Shown here: in pieces, positions 58,465 to 64,000 of the stretch
How positions within the stretch are numbered: position 1 is the stretch's first letter
How the letters are laid out: each line of letters begins with the position of its first letter
Assembly: GCA_052389315.1 (NCBI GenBank)
Contig: JBQTIE010000178.1
Coordinates: 5,923-69,922 of the forward strand
Length of the DNA: 64,000 nt
Reading direction: 5' to 3'
Origin: Acidobacteriota bacterium
GTDB taxonomy: Bacteria > Acidobacteriota > Vicinamibacteria > Vicinamibacterales > UBA2999
Made by a program: the position numbers and the translations under genes
Notes under the pieces: generated by a model
Seen by the model: only the letters and a program-made list of their open reading frames with translations
Database searches by the model: none
Told to the model about the DNA's origin: nothing

Positions 58465-59709
58465 TCAAACCGAGTCCAGACGGTGCCCGAGCTTGTCCTT
58501 TTTCGTCTTGAGATACCGACGTGTGTGCTCGGAGGCCGGCACTTCGAGCGGGAGCCATTCGAGCACCGACAGGCCATAGCCCTCGATCGCCACCATCTTT
58601 CTCGGGTTGTTGCTCAACAACCGCATCGAGCGGACACCGAGGGCGCGCAGGATCTGGACGCCAATTCCATAGTCCCGCTGATCGGCATCGAATCCCAGCC
58701 GTTCGTTGGCTTCGACCGTGTCGAGCCCCTGATCCTGGAGTTCGTAGGCACGCAGCTTGTTGGCCAGCCCGATGCCCCGGCCCTCCTGGTTCAAGTACAG
58801 GAGGACGCCCCGGCCTTCGTCGGCGATCCGGCGCATGGCGGCTTCGAGCTGGGCCCCACAGTCGCAGCGCGCCGAGTGAAACACGTCCCCGGTCAGGCAC
58901 TTGGAGTGCACGCGCACGAGAACGCGATCCCCCTCGCCGAGCTCCCCCAAGACGAGCGCGAGGTGGGTCTCGTGGTCGATCAGGCTCTCGAATCCATGAA
59001 TGCGAAACTGACCGAAGGCCGTTGGCAGCATCGCCGCCGCGACCTTGCGCACCAGCCCCTCGGTCTTCATGCGATAGCTGATGAGGTCGGCAATCGTGAT
59101 CATCAGCAGCTTGTGTTTCCTGGCAAACCGCGCCAGCTCCGGCACACGCGCCATGGTGCCGTCGCGGCTCATGATCTCGCAGATCACGCCGGCCGGATAC
59201 AGCCCCGCCATCCGTGCCAGGTCCACGGCCGCTTCCGTCTGGCCGGCTCGCACGAGCACGCCCCCCTCTCTGGCCCGAAGCGGCAGCATGTGCCCGGGTC
59301 GCGCCAGGTCGGTCGGCTTGGTGTCCGGATCGATCGCCGTCAGGACCGTTCGGGCCCGATCGGCGGCCGAGATGCCCGTGCTGACGCCGCGCTTGGCCTC
59401 GATGGACACCGTAAACGCGGTGTGGAGCGGCGTGGTGTTGCGATCCACCATCAGGGGAACCTCGAGCGCGTCGAGGCGTTCCCCGGTCATCGGCATGCAC
59501 ACGAGGCCGCGGCCGTGGGTTGCCATGAAGTTGATGATCTCAGGCGTCACCCTCTCTGCCGCGATGGTCAGATCGCCTTCGTTCTCGCGGTCCTCGTCAT
59601 CGACGACGATCACCATCTCGCCGCGCCTGATGGCCTCGACGGCGCGTTCAATCGGTGCAAACGGGGCAGACCGCCGAGCGCCCTTCGCAATCTTCAATTT
59701 CGGTGGCAT
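58465..59709 (-). CDS. ribBA: bifunctional DHBP synthase / GTP cyclohydrolase II
   Basis: MVIVVDDEDRENEGDL (RibB), then RVHSKCLTGDVFHSARCDCG and YLNQEGRGIGL (RibA). ATG 59709 sits 4 nt after the ribE stop. Confidence 0.93.
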   Translation of the reverse strand: MPPKLKIAKGARRSAPFAPIERAVEAIRRGEMVIVVDDEDRENEGDLTIAAERVTPEIINFMATHGRGLVCMPMTGERLDALEVPLMVDRNTTPLHTAFTVSIEAKRGVSTGISAADRARTVLTAIDPDTKPTDLARPGHMLPLRAREGGVLVRAGQTEAAVDLARMAGLYPAGVICEIMSRDGTMARVPELARFARKHKLLMITIADLISYRMKTEGLVRKVAAAMLPTAFGQFRIHGFESLIDHETHLALVLGELGEGDRVLVRVHSKCLTGDVFHSARCDCGAQLEAAMRRIADEGRGVLLYLNQEGRGIGLANKLRAYELQDQGLDTVEANERLGFDADQRDYGIGVQILRALGVRSMRLLSNNPRKMVAIEGYGLSVLEWLPLEVPASEHTRRYLKTKKDKLGHRLDSV

Positions 59710-59713
59710 CGTG

Positions 59714-60316
59714 TCACCCGATTCCTCGACCGCCAAGTTCCATCGCCCGCGCCACGTACTTCCCGACGAGATCGCACTCGAGGTTGACCCGGTGGCCGGG
59801 CTGCCGGCGGCTCAGCGTCGTCGCCGTCCAGGTATAGGGTACGACCTGCACGTCGAACTGCCCGTCACCGAGGCCGGCCACGGTCAGGCTCACGCCGTCC
59901 ACCGCCACCGAGCCCTTACGCACGAACAACCTGGCCAGCGTATCCGGAAAGGTGACCGTGAGCCAGTGGCAGTCCGCATCCTGTCTCACCTCGGCCACCA
60001 CCCCCACCGCATCGACATGCCCCTGCACGAGATGTCCCCCCAGCCGGCCGTCGAAGCGCAGCGGGCGTTCCAGGTTCACCTCATCACCGGGCTGAAGGAG
60101 GCCCAAGGTGGTGATCCGGACGGTTTCGGGCCCCACGTCTGCGTGGACCTCTTCGTCTTTGGCGAGCGTGACGGTCAGGCAGACCCCATTCACGGACAGA
60201 CTATCGCCCGGCGCGCACGCCCGAGCCAGATCGGTCCGCACGCGCAATCGACACCCGCCGTCCATGGACTTCACTTCCGACAGGGTCCCGATGGTCTCAA
60301 CGAGCCCCGTGAACAT
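59714..60316 (-). CDS. ribE: riboflavin synthase alpha chain
   Basis: 200 aa from ATG 60316. MFTGLVETIGTL, two lumazine-binding repeats (SLSVNGVCLTV and SVAVDGVSLTV). Confidence 0.93.
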   Translation of the reverse strand: MFTGLVETIGTLSEVKSMDGGCRLRVRTDLARACAPGDSLSVNGVCLTVTLAKDEEVHADVGPETVRITTLGLLQPGDEVNLERPLRFDGRLGGHLVQGHVDAVGVVAEVRQDADCHWLTVTFPDTLARLFVRKGSVAVDGVSLTVAGLGDGQFDVQVVPYTWTATTLSRRQPGHRVNLECDLVGKYVARAMELGGRGIG

Positions 60317-61385
60317 CTGCCTCCATCCAGACATCGGGGCCGTAAGGGCGGGCCAGGACGCCGGACATCGATGACCGGGGCCACGCAGCCGCGTCCACCC
60401 ATCTGACTCCGTCCGCTCCCAACACGCACGGGGCCACCACGAGATGCACTCGATCGACGAGCTTGTCGCGGAGCAGGGCGTCGTGCAACGTCGGGCCGCC
60501 CTCGACAAGCAGCGACGACACGTCGAAGGCCACCAGCAGCCGCATCGCCTCGCGAAGGGACGCCGCCTCGATGACGTGAGCACCGACCTCTTCCAGTTCC
60601 GCCGCGCGGTCCCGCGTGCGCCCGGCCCGGCGGTCGGTGACCACGACGACGTCACCTTCGTCCTTCGTGCCAAACAGTCGTGCCGTCGGCGGCACGCGAA
60701 GACGCCGGTCGAAGACGACCCGGGTCAGCGGCCGAACGCGACGGCAGTCCCTGACGGTCAAGATCGGATCGTCCACGAGCACCGTCTGCGAGCCCACCGC
60801 CACGGCGTCGACCGAGGCGCGGAGCAGCTGCGTTTGACGATTGGCCGAAGCGGAAGTCAAGGCCGTCCGCACCCCGCGACGCGCGGCGACTCGGGCATCG
60901 AGGCTTGTCGCGACCTTGCACATGACAAACGGGCGGCCCTTCGTCTTCACCGCGACGAAGGCCTCGTTGAGCCGCGTCGCTTGATCCCGGCACACACCCT
61001 CGTCCACGACAAGCCCGAGGCGCCGGAGCTCGCTGAAACCACGTCCACAGACTCGCGCGTCGGGGTCCTGCATCGCCGCCACGACCCGCCGGATCCCGGC
61101 CTCCACGATGCGACGGGTGCACGGCCCGGTGCGACCGACGTGGCAACAAGGCTCCAGGGTCACATAGAGCGTACCCCCGCGCGCTCGCGGGCCGGCGGCG
61201 TCGAGCGCCTCGACTTCCGCGTGGGCAGCTCCGGCCTGTGTGTGCCAGCCGTGTCCCACGACCACGCCGTCGGGCGATACCACGACAGCGCCCACCATGG
61301 GGTTGGGCGTGGTGCGACCGGCGCCCCTCGCGGCATGGAACAGCGCCCGTCGCATCATCGCGACGTCGAAGGAGTCGGTCACCAC
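60297..61385 (-). CDS. ribD: bifunctional riboflavin deaminase/reductase
   Basis: 362 aa. PNPMVGAVVV, HAEVEAL and TLEPCCHVGRTGPC (deaminase zinc site), plus a C-terminal reductase domain. 20-nt overlap with ribE. Confidence 0.93.
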   Translation of the reverse strand: MVTDSFDVAMMRRALFHAARGAGRTTPNPMVGAVVVSPDGVVVGHGWHTQAGAAHAEVEALDAAGPRARGGTLYVTLEPCCHVGRTGPCTRRIVEAGIRRVVAAMQDPDARVCGRGFSELRRLGLVVDEGVCRDQATRLNEAFVAVKTKGRPFVMCKVATSLDARVAARRGVRTALTSASANRQTQLLRASVDAVAVGSQTVLVDDPILTVRDCRRVRPLTRVVFDRRLRVPPTARLFGTKDEGDVVVVTDRRAGRTRDRAAELEEVGAHVIEAASLREAMRLLVAFDVSSLLVEGGPTLHDALLRDKLVDRVHLVVAPCVLGADGVRWVDAAAWPRSSMSGVLARPYGPDVWMEADVHGAR

Positions 61386-62302
61386 TTTTCCTGGAACAGC
61401 GCGTCCACGTAATCGGCTGGCGCAAACGGCAACAGGTCGTCGATGCCTTCGCCAACGCCAACATAACGAATCGGCAGGCGCAGCTCGTGGGCGATTGCCA
61501 CGGCGACGCCGCCCTTGGCCGTCCCATCGAGCTTGGTGAGGACGATCCCGTTCACGCCGGCCACCGAGGTGAACTCACGCGCCTGAATGATGCCGTTCTG
61601 CCCCACCGTCGCGTCGAGCACGAGCAGGACCTCGTGCGGGGCGCCCGGCACCTCACGCTCGGCCACGCGCCGGATCTTGTCCAATTCATTCATCAGGTTG
61701 GTGCGGGTGTGCAGGCGACCCGCCGTGTCCACGAGCACGGGGTCGCGGCCTCGCGCCTTGCTGGCCGCCAGGGCATCGAAGACAACCGCCGCCGGGTCGG
61801 ATCCCTCGCGGGCCCGCACGAGGTCGACCCCGGCGCGGTCGGCCCACACCTGCAGCTGATCGACGGCGGCCGCCCGAAACGTGTCCGCCGCGCAGATGAG
61901 CGGCGATCGTCCCTCAAGCCGGATTTGGTTTGCCAGTTTTCCGACCGTCGTCGTCTTCCCCGTCCCGTTCACGCCGACAATCAGCACCACGTGTGGACGC
62001 CCGCCGTTGCCCACCTCACGATTCGTGGCCTCGAAGATTCTCAGGATCTCGTCTTTGACCAGCGTGCGCAGGCTCTCGCCGCGCCGCGATCGGCTCCGAA
62101 CCCGAGCGACGATGTCGGCGGTCGCCGCCACGCCGACGTCGGCCATGATCAGGAGCTCCTCGAGCGCCTCGAGGGTAGTCACCTCGACGGCTCGTGATCG
62201 CTGATCCGGGCTGTCGGCCTGCTCGACGATCGCCTCGAACCGGCGCGCAACCTGTTGAGCCGTTCGTGCGAGTCCCTGCTTCAGGCGGTCGAAAAGTCCC
62301 AT
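61379..62302 (-). CDS. ftsY: signal recognition particle receptor (short form, no acidic A domain)
   Basis: 307 aa. VGVNGTGKTTTVGKLA, DTAGRL and TKLDGTAKGG motifs. 7-nt overlap with ribD. Confidence 0.95.
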   Translation of the reverse strand: MGLFDRLKQGLARTAQQVARRFEAIVEQADSPDQRSRAVEVTTLEALEELLIMADVGVAATADIVARVRSRSRRGESLRTLVKDEILRIFEATNREVGNGGRPHVVLIVGVNGTGKTTTVGKLANQIRLEGRSPLICAADTFRAAAVDQLQVWADRAGVDLVRAREGSDPAAVVFDALAASKARGRDPVLVDTAGRLHTRTNLMNELDKIRRVAEREVPGAPHEVLLVLDATVGQNGIIQAREFTSVAGVNGIVLTKLDGTAKGGVAVAIAHELRLPIRYVGVGEGIDDLLPFAPADYVDALFQEKW

Positions 62303-62308
62303 CGACCC

Positions 62309-62314
62309 ATTCTA
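62309..62314 (-). promoter_or_regulatory. -10 box TAGAAT placed 6 nt before the ftsY ATG (leaderless-type geometry)
   Basis: Minus strand reads gccgTAGAATgggtcgATG, with no SD. Confidence 0.45.
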
Positions 62315-62382
62315 CGGCGGCTCAGCAGCGAAGGATCGGCACCGCCCCTGTGCCGGGGAACCTGCGTTCGGGACGCGCTCGC

Positions 62383-63414
62383 CTACGCCTCCTGACGCTG
62401 ACGCCGGCCCATCAGCTCCCACACGGCGCTTTTCGGATCGCGTCGACCCTCGAGGACGTCCGCCATCTGCGTGGCAATCGGCAGCTCGATCCCATGCTGA
62501 GCACCCAACCTGATGGCGGCGCGCGTGGTGCGGACGCCCTCCGCCACCATCTTCGTGCTGGCCAGGATTTCCTCGAGTCGCCGTCCGTGCGCCAATTCCA
62601 GGCCGACGTGGCGATTGCGACTCAGCTGCCCGGTGCAGGTGAGGACGAGGTCGCCGAGCCCGGCAAGGCCGGCCAGCGTCTCCCTCTGTGCGCCCATGGC
62701 CACGGCCAGGCGCGTGATCTCAGCCAGGCCTCGCGTGATGAGCGCTGCCTGGGCGTTGTGACCGAGCCCCAGACCATCGACGACACCAGCGGCGATGGCG
62801 ATCACGTTCTTCAACGCCCCGCCGATCTCGAGACCCACCAGGTCGGTGCTGCCGTACAACCGCAGCGCCGCGGAGCGGAAGTCTCGCTGCACGTGCTCTA
62901 CGACGGAGTTCGCCTCGGCTGCCACGACGACGGCGGTAGGCAGCTCGCGCGCAAGCTCCACGGCGAAGCTCGGTCCCGAAAGGACGGCACACTTGCGCAC
63001 GAACGGCACTTCCTGGGCGACCACCTCTGACATTCGCAGCAGCGTGCCCTCCTCGAGTCCTTTGGAGGCGCTCACCACCAGCGCGTCCTGGGCAATCGTC
63101 GGCGCTCCGACGCGCAGGACGTCACGAAGGCCGTGTGAAGGAACGGCGAGCACGACGACCTTGGCCGCGCCGAGCGCCGCTGCAAGCGACTCGACGGGCC
63201 GCAGCGTGGGAGGGAAGTTGATGTCTGGGAGATAGACGGCGTTGGCCCGCCGTGCCGCCATCTCCTCCGCGAGCGACGGATCCCGCGCCCAGAGGCGAAC
63301 GTCGTGGCCAATCCGGCTCAGGTGCACCGCGAGCGCCGTGCCCCAGGAGCCCGCTCCGATGACCGCCACGTTCTGGATGGCGCCTCCGGTCTTCGTAGCG
63401 CCCGGTGCCGTCAC
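62383..63414 (-). CDS. gpsA: NAD(P)H-dependent glycerol-3-phosphate dehydrogenase
   Basis: 343 aa from GTG 63414, which overlaps the plsY stop (GTGA). VAVIGAGSWGTALA Rossmann motif. ORF-track start 63714 lies inside plsY. Confidence 0.92.
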   Translation of the reverse strand: MTAPGATKTGGAIQNVAVIGAGSWGTALAVHLSRIGHDVRLWARDPSLAEEMAARRANAVYLPDINFPPTLRPVESLAAALGAAKVVVLAVPSHGLRDVLRVGAPTIAQDALVVSASKGLEEGTLLRMSEVVAQEVPFVRKCAVLSGPSFAVELARELPTAVVVAAEANSVVEHVQRDFRSAALRLYGSTDLVGLEIGGALKNVIAIAAGVVDGLGLGHNAQAALITRGLAEITRLAVAMGAQRETLAGLAGLGDLVLTCTGQLSRNRHVGLELAHGRRLEEILASTKMVAEGVRTTRAAIRLGAQHGIELPIATQMADVLEGRRDPKSAVWELMGRRQRQEA

Positions 63415-64000
63415 CGCGTGCGGCCCAGCCGGTACTCGTTCCCGGCAAACAGTCGACCCACGTTGGTCCGATGACGCTCGATGATGAACGCCGCGGCAAC
63501 GACACTTCCCAGCAAGACCTCGGGAGCCGCGCCCGTCATCCATGTCAGCAGCGGCAGCATGAACACGGCCACCAGGGACCCCAGGGAGACAAAGCGCGAG
63601 AGCGCCACCGTCATGACGAACAAGACCGCGGCGACGCCCGTCGCCAGCGGCGCCAGCAGCGAGAACACTCCGGCCCCCACAGCGACGCCTTTGCCTCCCC
63701 GGAAGCGCAGCCACATCGGATACACATGCCCGACGATGGCCGCCACGCCCGCCGCGACCGCCACCTCGGTGCCGGGACCGATCGCCCCGCCGAGCACCAC
63801 GCTGCCCGCCCCCTTGGCCATGTCGATGAGCAAGACCAGCAGGGCAAGCGGCAATCCTGCCGTGCGCTGCACGTTGGCCGCCCCGACGTTGCCGCTGCCA
63901 GCGCGCCGGAGATCGACGCCCGTCGCGCGGCTCGCCATCACGAAGCCCAGCGGCAACGAGCCCACGCCGTACCCGACGGCCATCGCAAGAATCGTGTCCA
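63411..64000 (-). CDS. plsY: glycerol-3-phosphate acyltransferase (N-terminus beyond window edge)
   Basis: YGVGSLPLGFV...GSGNVGAANVQRTAG. Polytopic. The reading frame stays open to nt 64000. Confidence 0.9.
   Translation of the reverse strand, partial: DTILAMAVGYGVGSLPLGFVMASRATGVDLRRAGSGNVGAANVQRTAGLPLALLVLLIDMAKGAGSVVLGGAIGPGTEVAVAAGVAAIVGHVYPMWLRFRGGKGVAVGAGVFSLLAPLATGVAAVLFVMTVALSRFVSLGSLVAVFMLPLLTWMTGAAPEVLLGSVVAAAFIIERHRTNVGRLFAGNEYRLGRTR

Noticed and set aside
56163-58511. 782-aa plus-strand ORF across rimM, rpsP and ffh
   Set aside because: It is an antisense shadow of highly conserved minus-strand genes, with an Arg/Pro/His-rich composition. The same reasoning applies to 58339-59787 (opposite ribBA), 44191-45597 (opposite mpl/ldcA), 24661-26019 (opposite pfkA), 6159-7343 (opposite the permease) and 62194-63030 (opposite gpsA).
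61379-61385. FMN riboswitch expected upstream of ribD
   Set aside because: ribD overlaps the ftsY coding sequence, so there is no untranslated region to hold a riboswitch. I saw nothing riboswitch-like in the neighbouring gaps.

Overview
GC-rich bacterial chromosome segment, almost entirely coding. Many adjacent genes are joined by overlapping stop/start codons (ATGA, GTGA, TGATG). All calls come from reading the ORF translations and the DNA by eye; no homology search was run. Several ORF-track starts were moved to internal starts that remove overlaps or restore typical N-termini. The host is a diderm (kdsA/kdsD/lapB, lolA, two secretins). A PadR regulator paired with a duplicated orphan FtsX-type permease (ADOP family) points to Acidobacteria. 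Most of the window is housekeeping:
- pyrG-kdsA-kdsD-lapB, coaE, folD, thiE, accBC
- rplM-rpsI-rpsB-tsf-pyrH-frr, thrC, pfkA
- the ffh-rpsP-rimM-trmD-rplS-rnhB block, ftsY-ribD-ribE-ribBA, gpsA-plsY, and one tRNA-Ala(CGC)
No CRISPR array, IS element, integrase or rRNA was seen. The less ordinary parts are:
1. A pilMNOPQ operon extended by two unassigned lipoprotein genes.
2. A second, lipidated TPR-secretin next to lolA with no partner machinery in the window.
3. Two secreted FN3-repeat proteins, one with a matrixin domain whose catalytic Glu is Asn. They are followed by a translationally coupled membrane-protein/GT2/WecD-like glycosylation module.
4. A seven-gene peptidoglycan recycling/synthesis operon with pxpB-pxpC embedded, and a MurA carrying Asp at the fosfomycin-target Cys.
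5. A recurring -10 box placed 6-7 nt before start codons, suggesting leaderless mRNAs, including one palindromic bidirectional ATTATAAT.
6. A transmembrane segment encoded in frame directly after the TAA stop of a large TPR protein.
7. A 72-aa GNAT mini-gene that looks like an in-frame internal deletion.
I found no clear-cut new system. The secretin and pilus accessory genes and the pseudo-protease/glycosylation cluster are the best candidates.
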